This document shows, one piece after another, positions 24,877-38,314 of a stretch of 64,000 nt of DNA (the first letter of the stretch is position 1; every line of letters begins with the position of its first letter). The DNA is taken from NCBI GenBank assembly GCA_020137815.1, contig CM035361.1, positions 4,464,001 through 4,528,000 on the forward strand, written 5' to 3'. The position numbers and the translations under genes are program-made. Source of the DNA: Hormiphora californensis. Its lineage: Eukaryota > Animalia > Ctenophora. The notes under the pieces are model-generated. The model saw only the letters and a program-made list of their open reading frames with translations, had not been told where the DNA came from and did not search any database.

Positions 24877-27800
24877 ATGAAGGAGATAATCAGTATCCAA
24901 GTGGGCCATTGCGGAAACCAAATCGGAGCCAAGGTAGTACACCGTTTTGTCACCTGTACTAATTGTATAATGCAGAAGATCTTCTGAAGATTGATCTTGT
25001 AATTGCCATGAAGCGTTCGTAAGAATATCGTTTTTTAAGATTTTTGTTGTGTAAATTCCTGTTAAATTCCTCTCTCTCAGTTCTGGGAGTCGATCCATGA
25101 GGAACATGAGATTGATACCAAAGGACACTTCACCGGAGAAGACGATGATAAGTTAGAGAAGATTTACGCTTACTTTAACAACGAAAAAGGCAAGTTTGTT
25201 GCGATATAATGGACTGCGTTTTAGCGGTTGTTGGTGTTGATATTGGCCCCCAATAATAACGATCAGGGCGGAGTTTTGGTTACGAAGTCACCCCTAATAT
25301 TTCGTGCCCACTGGGGCGCTCGCGCGGAGGGATAATTTCATTACCAAGGCGGAGTTGTCTTCTCCTTGATGACCAGTTGTTCTAATTCCAGTTTATCTCA
25401 AACAGATATCAGGTTTACGCCTAGAGCTGTCCTGGTTGATCTGGATCCGGATGACCTGGAATCCATCAAAGCCGGGCCATACGGAGCTGCCTTTAACCCC
25501 CAAAACATATTTTCCGGAGAATACGGAACAGCTGGTAATAACTGGGCGAAGGGGTATTACAGTGAGGGACAGGAGATAGTGCACGCAATTATGGATAGCA
25601 TACGTAAAGAAGCTTATAGGTGTGACTCCCTCCAGGGATTCCAGCTGACCCACTCTCTCGGTGGTGGCACCGGATCCGGACTGGGAACTCTCCTGATGTC
25701 TAACATCAGAGAAGAGTACCCCGATAAGATAGTGAGTTCTTTCTCAGTCCTGCCCTCAGAGAAGGTGACTGATGTGGTTGTCGAGCCTTACAATGCCATG
25801 ATGGCATCACATTACCTGATAGAGAACTGTCACGAGACTTTCTGTTTCGACAATGAGGCCCTTTTTAACATTTGTCACGACTACCTCACAATGGGTTCTC
25901 CCACTTTTGAAGATCTAAACAAGCTTGTGGTTTCCTCCATGTCGGGTGTAACCACGCCCCTTCGGTTCCCAGGGCGACTGAACCTTGACCAACTCGGAGT
26001 CACTCTGCCGCAACATTACCGGCTTCATTTTTTCATGACCGGCTACGCACCCCTCGGTTACCATGGGGACTATGAAAAACTCTCTGTGGCCAGTATAACG
26101 GAGGATTTGTTTAGCCCCCGAAATTTGATGGTTGACTGTAACACACATGAGGGACGGTATCTTTCCTGTGCTACATACTTCCGAGGTCCAGTCTCAAGCC
26201 AGGAGGTAGGGGACTGCAGCGTTAACCATTTAACTGTATTCCTTTCATATATATGTGTTTGTTCTCGTCCTTTAACCATTTATCTTAGGGTAAACCGGGG
26301 CAAAATGGTTAACTTTTTACTTAATCGGTTCTCACTCCCATTTAAAAAAAGATACAATGAAAAAAATTATATAGGATTAAAGTTCATTATTTTATCTTTC
26401 AAATAAGATAAATTTCAACTCTAGGGACCATCATTTACTTAACTAAATAACTAATTTAAAAATTTTGGTCGGAAAAAATGGTACCGGGGCAATTCGGACA
26501 ACACCAATAGGAGTGCTTTATTTCGTCACGTGGGAGTCACGTGAACGTCCTCACAACACCAGAAGAAGATTCCCGCCTGGTGTTGTTAGAGGTGGGGGCA
26601 ATTCGAACAATGTAATCTACACGCAATCTACACGCTGGTCGTTCTTGTTCGAATTGCCCCGGTATCACGCGTGATCACGTGGTACAAAGAACTGCACATC
26701 ATTGGCCCGGGAGTTAACCAAATTGCCCCGGTGTATTAACCAAATTGCCCATGTTCGAATTGCCCCGGTTGTTCGAATTGCCCCGGTAATCTTAATTTAC
26801 CAGAATTTGGAATGAAAACATGCGAATATTTAAATAATTTTTAAACCATCTGAAAGCTGATATTATTAGCTTTCAGCTGGTTTTTTCAAATCGGAAATTG
26901 ACCAACTTAAACCGGATCTAGAGCCTATTTAGTGGTAACGGGCAGGCTCGAACGAGCAGTTTTCTTCTGGAGATAGGATGACGTCATTATGATAGCTTAA
27001 CTAGGTGAGAGACGGGCAGTACTATGTTCGAATTGCCCCGGTTGTTCGAATTGCCCCGGTTTACCCTACTTCCATTTAACATATTGTGTTCTAACCTTCC
27101 TTTACAAAATGTGTTGGAGCAAGGTAAGTGTGCAACATTAAATCTGTTTCCTTTTCTCCAGGTTGACCAGGAATTGTTTTTGAGTGGCACTGAATGGATT
27201 CCAAAGAGCATTATGACTTCTCACTGTGCTATTCCAAACCCAGAGCAAGATAAATCCGCTACAATGATTGCAAACAACACTTCTATTAAGGTTTGAAGCA
27301 TGAAACGACCGAAATTTCGGTTGTTGTAAGCCAGTTATTACAGAAGTGGTGGAAAATAGTCAACAGACTGAGACGTCCCCAAACTGTGTGTAGAATTATT
27401 GGCACCCGTGATTAGCCGTAACATAGATTTGAGAAAGAAAGAGCAACATAAGGGTCAATGCAAGGTTGGCCACGAATTGGTGGTCATGATTAGCGAGGTG
27501 GTGCGTCAAAACGTAACGGTGATGGTTGTGAGAATAAAAATTATGGGAGCACTCTGGATCAATTCCTTGGTAACTTTTTTAAAAATCGAAAATTCATTTC
27601 TCATTCATTCATGATATGAGCATATTAATTTTCCATCATTATGCTACTTTTCTTTGGCTTGAATTTATCTTTCCAATGAGCACCATAAAAATGAAATTGA
27701 AGCACCAGGTCACGCAGCAGTTGAGAAAATGTTCAAGCATGATTTTGGCTCTTTTTGCGACTTTCAATGAGCTGTATCACGGCGACCTTTCCTTCAAGGT

Positions 27801-30800
27801 CTTGTTCAAGCGCCCCTATATCGCACTCGTTCCACTCGTGCAATATAGTTGTGAAATGCACTCCAGCTTTACTTCGCTGTCGTGCATTTCACCTCCATAT
27901 ACGCTCTGCAGTGCAGAGCGTATATGGTGCGCTTGCACTGCGCGCAGAACGTTATGTACTATATATAGAGGTGTTAACAAAAACAGCTCAACGTAGTATT
28001 TGAATCCGATTAAAAACTGTTATCTTTTACAAGTTGTATCATAAGTTACGAACGCTCGGGTCACGCTACCCTCACCCCCTCCCATTATATACAAACTTAG
28101 CGTTACTTCTCACCTATCTGATAACTAGATATATCTATTATATTCATCACCATAAACAGTTTATAAGGCCGGCTGACTGAACAATTTATTTCAATCGTGT
28201 CGAGTTATGAAGGTGATCATTTCTCAGTTGATCCTGGTATCCCTCGCTTCATCCGAGATGTTTAAAATCGGAGCGAATATCTCGATGCGAATAGACCACG
28301 CTAGTAATGAAGTGGAGGCATGTTTCAGTGGAGTAGCTAAACAGTTGAAATTCGATGGAGAAAACTGGGCACTTCTAAACTGGACAGGTGGCGTATCCGA
28401 TGGATCTGGTGATACCTCCTTGACGTGTCGAGGAAATTTTGATTTATTTCAGGTGGCAATGGAATTGGGCGTTGCTTATATGCCTGAACAACAAAGAAGG
28501 GCGTGGAACAATTATATACAGCTACACCCATCGATTCAGATCACTTGCAGCTTAAGTGTTGATCCATTTCAACCAATGCACCCTCTTTGCAGCGGGGTCA
28601 GTGCCTGCTTGACTGATGAGTGCCAATGTGGTGGGGAACCAGTATTCTACTGTCCAGGGAAGCTGGGTGGTTGCATTCCTTTCTCCCAAGTGTGTGATGG
28701 TGTAGCCAACTGTGTGGGAGGCACAGACGAGTGTATGTGTAGCGGGGCCGTGACAGTTCGGTGTCTTCCCAATAAGTCATACACTGCATGCATTCCTAAG
28801 AAAGAGGTGTGTGCCTTTGCACCAACCTTATCGCTTCTTTCATGTGATAACACGTCAATCTCCCACTGCAGCGACCCAGGGCAAGGTGATTCAACTGCAC
28901 TGGTACTTCAGAACACTCTTAATAAGCACTACGACGATATTTTGGAAGCTGGTATCGCTGGTGGTAGAGGTGTGAAGGAGACGTGCATCGAGATCGTGGG
29001 ACCCTAGATGTGAATGTTACAACTAATTCCACTACAAACAAATGGCTGTTTGATTTATGCGGCAGTTTAAGGATAACAGACGGATTCGGTAATGTCCGAT
29101 ATCTTAAGATTTACTGTAACAAATTTGAGGTGTTAAGTGATCTGGGGAAAATTTGCGATGGTACATTTGATTGTTCCAATGGTCTTGATGAAATGTTTTG
29201 TCCAGATAGGTTCTATTGCAATGGGACTAATACAACTCTACAAGAATTGTCATGGATTGATGAGGAGAAGGTCTGCGATGGAATCAAGGACTGTGCCAAC
29301 GGCATGGATGAGTGTGCTGGGTGTCCAGCTGGGCTTTTTAGTTCGGATACCTTTCTCATTCGATCGAATGTGTTATGTGTCCTCGCCCTCACGGGAGGGG
29401 TCGCTATCGTTCTGCTAAACATCAATGTAGGATACAAAACAATCCAAACGGTCCCCCAGAACAAACCCGGGAAAGTTGATAGGGTTTTGAGGATTCAAGT
29501 GGCATTTTATGATCTCTTTATGGGATTGTACTTAGTAACACTTGTGGTCTCGGCAATAGGTCTTCGTGTTAGAGGGGAGTATTGCCAGTTAGATGGTCAA
29601 TGGAGGTCAAGCTTCAGCTGTGCTGCACTTGGAAGCGTCTTCTCCTTCTCCTCTCACGGGTCCTTCCTCCTCATAACCATGATGAGTGCCATACGGTTTA
29701 TGACATGTTTGGACTTGGTGAGGAATATCTCCATTAGGGCCATCTGGGTTATTTCGATGGTTGTAGGAGTTCTAAACCTTGTTCATGCCATCCTCCCGAC
29801 GTTACCCCTGTCCATATTCCAAAAGGTATTCCGGACGGATATCCTATTAACTTCCGGTTTGGAGAATCCCTTAATTAGTCGGTATGACGAATATCATATA
29901 AGGAAAATGCACTCTCTTGCCTTCGATGCCATGGGAACAGATGACAAGGATTTCCTGGGGATCGAGAAGATTTTCGCCGACCTACGGGACATAACTTCGA
30001 AGCCGTCAATCTTTGACTACATAAGTATTGGTTACTATGGAAACAGCCCTCTGTGTGTTGCCAACATCTACAAAAACCAGGCTAGCTACACCGTTTACAA
30101 GATCACATATTGTGTGATTGTTTGCGTACTGATTAGCATCTTAACGGTCTCCTATGTTTCCATCTTGGTGGCTAGTTTCTTCTCTGCATCCGAAAGTGGG
30201 CCAGCTAACAACGATTACGTCGGTAAACTCGCTCTGAAGCTGTCTCTACTAATAGGAAGTCAGGTGGTAGCTTGGCTGTCCTACATCTTTACTGTTCTCT
30301 ACTACAGCTGGATTAACGAAGCAGCCCCGCCTGGCGTTGTCTACGAGGTGTTTAGTTTGGCGGTGCTGCCTAGCAATAGCCTTCTAAACCCCATCTTCTA
30401 CAGCACCATATACCGGAGTATGACGGAGTTGGCGTGGAAGATTTGGAGAAAGTTTAAACCAGAAAGAACTGACGGCCTCCCTCGACCCTCGCACCTCCTC
30501 CAGAGACGTCCCAGCTGGGGGATAATACCATATTCACCGCCCAGGAAGTCATGTAACGCTAAAAACGCTAGAAGTGTCACTGAGTCCAGCTGGGACGTCT
30601 CTTTTTATCTAAATCCATCATCCTGGAATCTAGAGAATGGACTGATGACTATCTAGAGAGTGGACTATGGAAATTTTTCCTTGCTTGTTGTGATGGAATG
30701 ACATCATATTACAGTCAGACCCCGAGTTACCGGTCAAAACCCTTTCCCCCGAGCATCCCGGTAAATCGGGGTCCGACTGTATATTGCTGAATATATGTTA

Positions 30801-31542
30801 TCGTTTAACTTAAGATATCAAATGTGTTTTTGTTTGTTCCCTTCTCACGCCACATTTTGTTACGGTTTTTGTAAGAGGATAGATGTCTAACAGTGAAATA
30901 TCTCTGTCTCTGTCTCTGTCTCTGTCTCTGTCTCTGTCTCTGTCTCTGTCTCTGTCTCTGTCTCTGTCTCTGTCTCTGTCTCTGTCTCTGTCTCTGTCTC
31001 TGTCTCTGTCTCTGTCTCTGTCTCTGTCTCTGTCTCTGTCTCTCTACACGTCTACACTATTATCTCATTATTCTCAGGAAGTAGGAACCGACCGAATCAG
31101 GAAATACTGGTCCCTAATTGGCTGATAAACAGTCACGTGACCTAAATAACGAGTTCTGATTGGTTGTTTACTTGTGTCGGTCGGTTCCTGATTTTATTTT
31201 TCTCTTCCCAGAGGGTATTCTATCGAATGAAGAGTCAGTTTGGCCGTCTCTACAATGTGAAAGCATACTTGCACTGGTACACCGGTGAGGGGATGGATCA
31301 ATTGGAATTTAATGAGGTATGAAACTATAATTTATGGCCCATGATTCCCATAGATTTATTCAGAATTATCCACCTCTCTCTCTCTCAAACCAGTATTTTT
31401 CCACAACAGCAGGACACCCAGTACTCATGTTATTCCAAGATTTTGACTCATAAATCATGTATCCCAATCCCAGGCCGAGGCCAACATGTGTGATTTGATT
31501 GGTGAGTACCAGGAATACGAAGACGCTGACGACTCGGACTAA
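24877..31542 (+). CDS. Highly divergent beta-tubulin, 6 exons
   Basis: Exons 24877-24933 ([19 protein letters not shown]), 25081-25189 (GC donor), 25406-26205, 27162-27290, 31212-31316, 31474-31542. Motifs [60 protein letters not shown] are beta-type. Confidence 0.92.
26288..27066. mobile_element. pogo/Tigger-like non-autonomous element in tubulin intron 3
   Basis: TIR GGGTAAACCGGGGCAA/TTGCCCCGGTTTACCC; TA flanks; internal repeats of GTTCGAATTGCCCCGG. Confidence 0.82.
28207..30656 (+). CDS. Intronless LDLa-module 7TM GPCR (GRL101/RXFP/LGR-type 7TM, no LRRs) nested in tubulin intron 4; one frameshift near 29000
   Basis: ORF 28207..29007 has a signal peptide and LDLa ([20 protein letters not shown]). 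The overlapping ORF 28983..30656 has two more LDLa modules ([26 protein letters not shown]) and a 7TM with [13 protein letters not shown] and [12 protein letters not shown]. Confidence 0.88.
30901..31045. repeat. (TCTCTG)n hexamer microsatellite
   Basis: Direct inspection. Confidence 0.95.
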
Positions 31543-32789
31543 AAGCATGGATACATTTGATGTGAACTGATAGTTAAAAGTATTATCTGATGATACATTT
31601 TGATTTGATTTGATAAGAGCGGTTGCCATGGGCGTGAACCCCTGTTGGGGACCCTACGCACAGGGCCAATCAATTAGTGATAACAGCCCGCTAATGATGG
31701 CCGTGAGATGAGGTAGGAGGGGGCGGTAGTTCCCATTTGTGGGGCGACAAGAAATGGGAAGGGTATGGGGGGGGAATAACCCTGGTGGGGGAAGGCGACG
31801 TGCTGCGGGGGAGGTGAGAGGAGGGTGCAGCAGTTGCTTGGGGATGCGCTGCATTGCCACGCTTCAATTTCGTTGAAGCTTGTAAAGATAACGAATGATA
31901 ACATCGCTTTTTATTATTGATACACCTTAGCAATGGTTGATCTAGGTTTTCTAGTGCTTTGAAATGTTAATTTATTACTATTTGGTCTGTAAGCGGGCCG
32001 GAAGTTTAAAAAAACTGAAAAAAACAACTTAATAACGCCATTTTTTAAGCCCTTGCCACGAGCCGAGTTTTTAAATTTTTTATTGTCTATTTTGGGCTCG
32101 TTTTAAAGCTAACACTATTCACTAAAGGTCTAAAACATTGATGCGGTGATGCAATATCAGTAAACCACTAAGATTGAACGTCAAAACTTCAAATGGTGGC
32201 ACCCAATTTCTAGGTGAGATTGCAACTTCGACACACTTGCTATTTATGGTTGTCAAGGTGTGGCAATATATCTTCAACTGGAATACAGATAAAAAACTGT
32301 TTCCAATCGCAAAATTTCCATACTAAATGGTAGCGCACTGTTTATTTGGTCCTGACTCGTAATTCGGGGGATAATAGGCAAAGTGTCAATCATTATGATC
32401 CTTCTAATGTTAAAGTGATTTTGAAGAATATAGCAACAAAAGTTCTTAGTTTGATTGTCTTAGTTTGAGAGTTCCTTAGTTTTTCTACAAGTTTAGAGTC
32501 CTTAGTTTCTTTCTAACAGTTACTTTCATGTTTCTTAAGATTATTACCGGTTACTACAGTGGCACCGCGGTTGGGTAAGGTGATCCTCGTGACATTACGT
32601 AACATTACTGCTGGATACTTATAATTTGATTTGCCGTAGTAGTGACATGTGAAACGCATGATCTTAATTGGTTCTATAATTAAACTCTAAAGGATTTGTC
32701 CGCTGAAGTGTTGTACTTGTAAAACCTCCTCAATTAGGGTGGGCGGGGTGGGGCGGCGGGGCGGGGGGGTGGGCGGGTTTTTATGTTTA

Positions 32790-34816
32790 TGAGTGGTATG
32801 TGGAGTACACAGAGAAGCGGGAGCATACAATGTGAACTGATCTGTAGACGGGAAGTATAATATCAGCTGTTTAAAGAAGGAGATACGCAGGAGTTAGAGA
32901 GCACTGAATTAGAGAGAGAGAATGAGAGAATAGGGAGATTATAGGGAGCTCGGATTTGGCGGGAGATAGAGAGTACTGAATTAGAGAGAGAATATTATCT
33001 GGCGCTTTTATAAAGTATAGTAATTTGTCAGTATCGTCCCATATCTGGGCAGCATCCCATTGCTGGGCATCATCCTTCGCAGGGCATCATCCCTTCGCCA
33101 GGGCATCATCCCATTTCTGGGCGCCACCCTTGCAGGGCATCATCCCATTGCTGGGCGGATCCTCGGCGTTCCGTTAGCTCGGGCGGGCGCGATTCTCTAG
33201 ACTGTGAGAGAGGTGTAGTGAGCGGAAAGAAGATGGTTTTATGGGGACACCCCGCCCAGGGCTGCTGCTCTGTTTCCCTGAGTGGTTATGGGAGTACACA
33301 GAAGAAGCGGGAGCATACAATTTGAACTGATCTGTAGAACGTGGAAGTAGAATTATCAGCTGTTAAAGAAGGAGATACGCAGGGAGTTAGAGAGCAGCAC
33401 TGAATTAGAGAGAGAATGAGAGAATAGGGGATATTATAGGGAGCTCGGATTTGCGGGGAGAAGAGAGAGTACTGAATTAGAGAGAAAATATTATCTGGCG
33501 CTTTTATAAAGTATAGTAATTTGTCACAGATATCGTCCCATTTCTGGGCAGCATCCATTGCTGGGCATCATCCCCTTCGCAGGGTCACATCCCTTCGCAG
33601 GGCATCATCCCATTTCGGGCGCCATCCCTTTGCAGGGATTCACCATTGGCTGGTGCGGATATCCTCGGCTGGTAGCTCGGGCGGGGCGATTCTCTCTAGA
33701 CTGTGAGAGGGGTGTGAGCGGAAAGGAAGATGGGTATATGGGGACACACCGCCCAGGGGCTGCTGCTCTGTTTCCCTGAGTGGTATGTGGAGTACACAGA
33801 GAAGCCGGGAGCATACAATGTGAATGATCTGTAGACGGATGTGGAAGTAGAATTATCAGTGTTTAAAGAAGGAAGATACGCAGGGAGTTGTAGAGAGCAC
33901 TGAATTGAGAGAGAGAGAATGAGAGAATAGGGGATATTATAGGGAGCTCGGATTTGCGGGGAGATAGAGAGTACTGAATTAGAGAGAGAATATTATCTGG
34001 CGCTTTTATAAAGTATAGTAATTTGTCAGATATCGTCCCATTTCTGGGCAGCATCCCATTGCTGGGCATCATCCCTCGCAGGGCATATCCCTAGCAGGCA
34101 TCATCCCATTTCTGGGCGCCATCCCTTTGCAGGGCATCATACCATTGCTTGGGCGGATTCCTCGGCGTTAGCCTCGGCGGGGCGATTCCTCTGACTGTGA
34201 GAGAGGTGTGTAGTGAGCGGAAAGAAGATGGTTTATATGGGACAACACCGCCCAGGGCTGCTGCTCTGTTTCCCTGAGTGGTATGTGGAGTACACAGAGA
34301 AGCGGGAGCATACAATGTGAAACTGATCTGTAGACGTGGAAGTAGAATTATCGCTGTTAAGAAGGAGATACGCAGGGGAGTTAGAGAGCACCTGAATTAG
34401 GAGATGGAGAATAGAGAGAAAAAGGGGATATTAAGGGAGCTCGGATTTGCGGGGGAGATAGAGAGACTAAATTAGAGAGAAAATATTATCTGGCGCTTTT
34501 ATAAAGTATAGTAATTGTCGATATCGTGTCCCATTTCTGGGCAGCATCCCATGACGGGCATCCATCCCTTCGCAGGGCATCATCCCTTCGCAGGGATCAT
34601 CCCATTTCTGGGCGCACATCCCTTTGCAGGGAATCATCCCATTGTCTGGCGGGATCCTCGGCGTTAGCCTCGGCGGGGGCGATTCTCTCTAGACTGTGAG
34701 AGAGGTGTAGTGAGCGGAAAGAAGATGGTTATATGGGACACACCGCCCAGGGCTGCTGCTCTGTTTCCCGAGTGGTTTGTGGAGTACACAGAGAAGCGGG
34801 AGCATACAATGTGAAC
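32790..34816. repeat. ~495-bp tandem repeat, ~4 copies, with internal GGGCATCATCCC subrepeats
   Basis: Unit start GAGTGGTATGTGGAGTACACAGAGAAGCGGGAGCATACAATG at ~32791, 33280, 33778, 34277, 34770; copies differ mostly by small indels. Confidence 0.9.
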
Positions 34817-35773
34817 TCCTGATGATACATGATCAGTTATTTGATGATACATGATCAGTTATTTGATGATACATGATCATCAGTTATTTGATGATGATAT
34901 AGGGCTAACTGAAAGATGGAATAACGGACACGTCATTATGACACTAGGAAGTAGGTTGAATAACAGGGTTGAACGGTTTTCTGTAACACTATTCTTTAAA
35001 AAGGAAGAATTAATTCATTGTCTCTATACGCGTTCTTCTGTACAATAAAATACCCGTCTAATCATTCTTGTCGGAAGGAGAAATCAAATTTTATTCACTG
35101 ATCATGCGTCTAAAAAACAATCAACCGATCCTTATTCTCTGTCTCTGCATCATGTTATGTCAAGCATGCGTACTACACACAGGAACCGACCGAATCAGGA
35201 AATACTGGTTCCTGATTGGCTGATAACCAGTCACGTGACCTAAATGACGAGTTCTGATTGGTTGTTTGCTTGTTTCGGTCGGTTCCTGACTACACACAAC
35301 TTACACCAACTCGTTTGAAACTGAGTCATTGCCTCTACAACACGCATGAGCAGTACTCATAGAGCAGTACACACAACACCATCTCATCACATTCACACCT
35401 CTATCACTACAGCACACATATGTACTTGACACGACTAAACTCTCATGTGTGTATATGTGAGAAAGCTAACATAATATGATAGTATGATAGTATATTTTGC
35501 CCAGACCTATTATATACGGCAATGTTTTTGTTGCACCCTTTTTCTGTGAAAATGTTAAGGTTAGGATATTTAGCATGAAATAGAACTCGACAGAGAGAGA
35601 CAGAGAAAGGGTGAGAGAAATAAAGAAAGGGGAAATAAAGAGTGGCAGCCCGGAAAAAGAGAACAACCACGCCTTCAGTTGTGCACTTTAGGGATGGAAA
35701 ATAATAAATTTTCTATTTTGAGAATTTCTAGAAACCTATTGTTTCTACAACTATAGTAGTACACACATTACAG

Positions 35774-36555
35774 TCCCACTGCTGGAAGAGTCAGAAGTTA
35801 TACCACAGTGGAAAACTGGTAACAATCAGCAGACCTTACTTTTCTCTCACTATCCGTGCACGCTTAGTTTATAAACTTAGATGTGCATTATTATAAATAA
35901 TAATGTACATTTAAGGTACACCAAATAATGCCAGTGTATTCTCAATACACCGAAGTGTTTTGTTTCTCAGCTCCAGGGGTTTTTCTCGCTTTACTGAAGC
36001 CATTAAAGAGCACTTGAGAGTATGTAACGGAAATAGCTGCAGTGACCTTGGTTAATGCAAGAAATGGTGACACCCTTTCCTTCTCTCAGTCTCATGTAGA
36101 TATCAATTGAAGTGCGTCAAAAACCATCTTACCATATAGCGCCTACAGGCTACATAGATCCTCAAAAACCATCTTACCATATAGCGCCTACAGGCTACAT
36201 ATCCTCAAAAACCATCTTACCATATAGCGCCTACAGGCTACATCTCATCAAAAACCATCTTACCATATAGCGCCTACGGCATACAGCCCCTACGCAAGAG
36301 GGGGCAATGGGTATATAATAACAGTGCGGTACACCATATTCCACGCTACTAAAACTAATTAACTAATTAATTAACTAATTATTATCCTATATCTTACCAT
36401 AGCCCCTACAGCCCAGCTCATCAGAGCCATCATCACAGGTCTTCCTCCCATCGCACCGGAGATTATCAGGTATACAGACATCACTACCACGACATTTAAA
36501 TTCGTCCACTTGACACACCAGGGATGATGGAACTGAAATATATGTTAGGAATTAA
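35774..36555 (+). CDS. Putative 3' exons of a small unknown protein
   Basis: Exons 35774-35818, 35971-36050, 36403-36469, 36522-36555 splice in frame: [74 protein letters not shown]. No start or homology identified. Confidence 0.35.
36120..36292 (+). repeat. ~42-bp tandem repeat x4 resembling the acceptor at 36402
   Basis: AAAACCATCTTACCATATAG CGCCTACAGGCTACA versus the putative acceptor TATCTTACCATAG|CCCCTACAGCCCA. Confidence 0.8.
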
Positions 36556-36894
36556 AGGTGTTGCATGTTTTTGCTTGTTTTGTTCAAACCCGGGGCGCGG
36601 GGAGGGTCGAACAAGGCATGTTTTTGCCTAGCTCGATCCTCTTTTCGTAAGCTCTGCCCGAATGTAAAGGAAGGGTTAGAACAATTATGTTTGTAGCAAA
36701 AGAGATACCATTTATAATGAAAATGGTTTCTGGCCCAGTTTGATCGCTACAATGGCAGGAATAGTTTATGTATTATTTAGTGGGCCAGAAATCAATAATT
36801 AATTAGCGACCAATTCGGCCGGAAGCCAAATAATCAAATTATCTGCAGTTGAGTTCGTATAACTTAATTAATTATCTAATTGTCTAATTACCTA

Positions 36895-37619
36895 GGGTAG
36901 AAAGGGGTAAAATGGCACACTTTCTAACGTTTTAGGTTCTAAAATACTCAATTTATACAGCAAGAAGAAAAAAAATTATATAGGCTATCCAATGAAACGT
37001 TTTCCTTTCAGGCGAGCTAAATTTTAAAATCTGAAAGTTTTATTTAATAGCTTAATTAATCAATTCAAAAAGTTTGGTAGGGCTTTTTTTGGAAATTTTG
37101 CACTGGGGTAAAATGGTCCAGCCAATAGCATTGCTCGATTTTTATCACGTGCCTGGTGTTGTTAGAGCACTGGGGTAAAATGGTCCATGTTATCTTCAGT
37201 AATTTCTGTTCTGCTGGACCATTTTACCCCAGTGTGCTGGACCATTTTACCCCAGTTGGTATCACGTGGTATTGGAGGCTCGATTTTATTGGTCCTAGGG
37301 TGAACCATTTTACCCCAGCGAGGGTGAACCATTTTACCCCAGTTTGACTAATTTGACAATTTAATCAACTTAATAGTGGGTTTTTTGAAAAATTTTCATA
37401 CCAAGTTTTAGAAGGATAAAAACCCTAACTGGCAGTTTTTGCAAAATTAAAATCGGCCAACTCAAACAGAAATTACAGCAGTTTTAAAGCAAAAATTCGG
37501 AACAGAACGAGCAGGTCTCCGCTGGAGAAAAAGTCACGTGACTTCATGTAATAACTAGGACCATTTTACCCCATACATGTGCCATTTTACCCCGTGTGCC
37601 ATTTTACCCCTTTCTACCC
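36895..37619. mobile_element. pogo/Tigger-like non-autonomous element, relative of 26288-27066
   Basis: TIR GGGTAGAAAGGGGTAAAATGGCACA and its reverse complement; TA flanks; internal CCATTTTACCCCAG repeats. Confidence 0.82.
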
Positions 37620-38238
37620 TATCTAATTAATTAATTATCTAATTACCTTCCTGACTGCAATTGAGTTCATCACTCCCGTCTCTACACTCAGGGACACCAT
37701 TACAACGGGTAAAGTTGGTACACTTCCCCATTGTCACACCTCTTAATACACTCTGCACCTGAATAATTAATTAATGAGAATTAATTAACCAATAATTAGT
37801 TGGTTAATTAAATGGAATTAATTAACTAAATTAATAAAATGGATTCCTCTCGTATAGAACCAGAGGATAACATGATTTTAATGTAGTTTCATTTGCTGCT
37901 ACAAAATAGAAGCGAAAAGAGTCCAAGAGTAATGTACCAGGTAGCCGTCCACAACAAGACGAAGATCACCTATACTATTGGTAATGGAATTACCCCTCCG
38001 CATTATAATGACTCAGAGGGGTGACTTCGTAACCAACCTATACTACTACTTACACTGAACGATGTACAATTATATGTACTACTAACATACACTACTACCA
38101 TCCTACATATTGTATACAGTTTGAATCAAAGTGTTTCATCTCTAAGACTGTACTCTGGAGTAGTTTCTATGGAATACTTGTATGTGTGTATGTGTGTGTG
38201 TGTTTATTAGCTGATTCAATAGCAATTACCAAGCTACG

Positions 38239-38314
<76 letters not shown>

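Noticed and set aside
26206-26406. C-terminal extension of tubulin ORF 25366..26406
   Set aside because: This is intron read-through after the GAG|GTAGGG donor; homology resumes at 27162.
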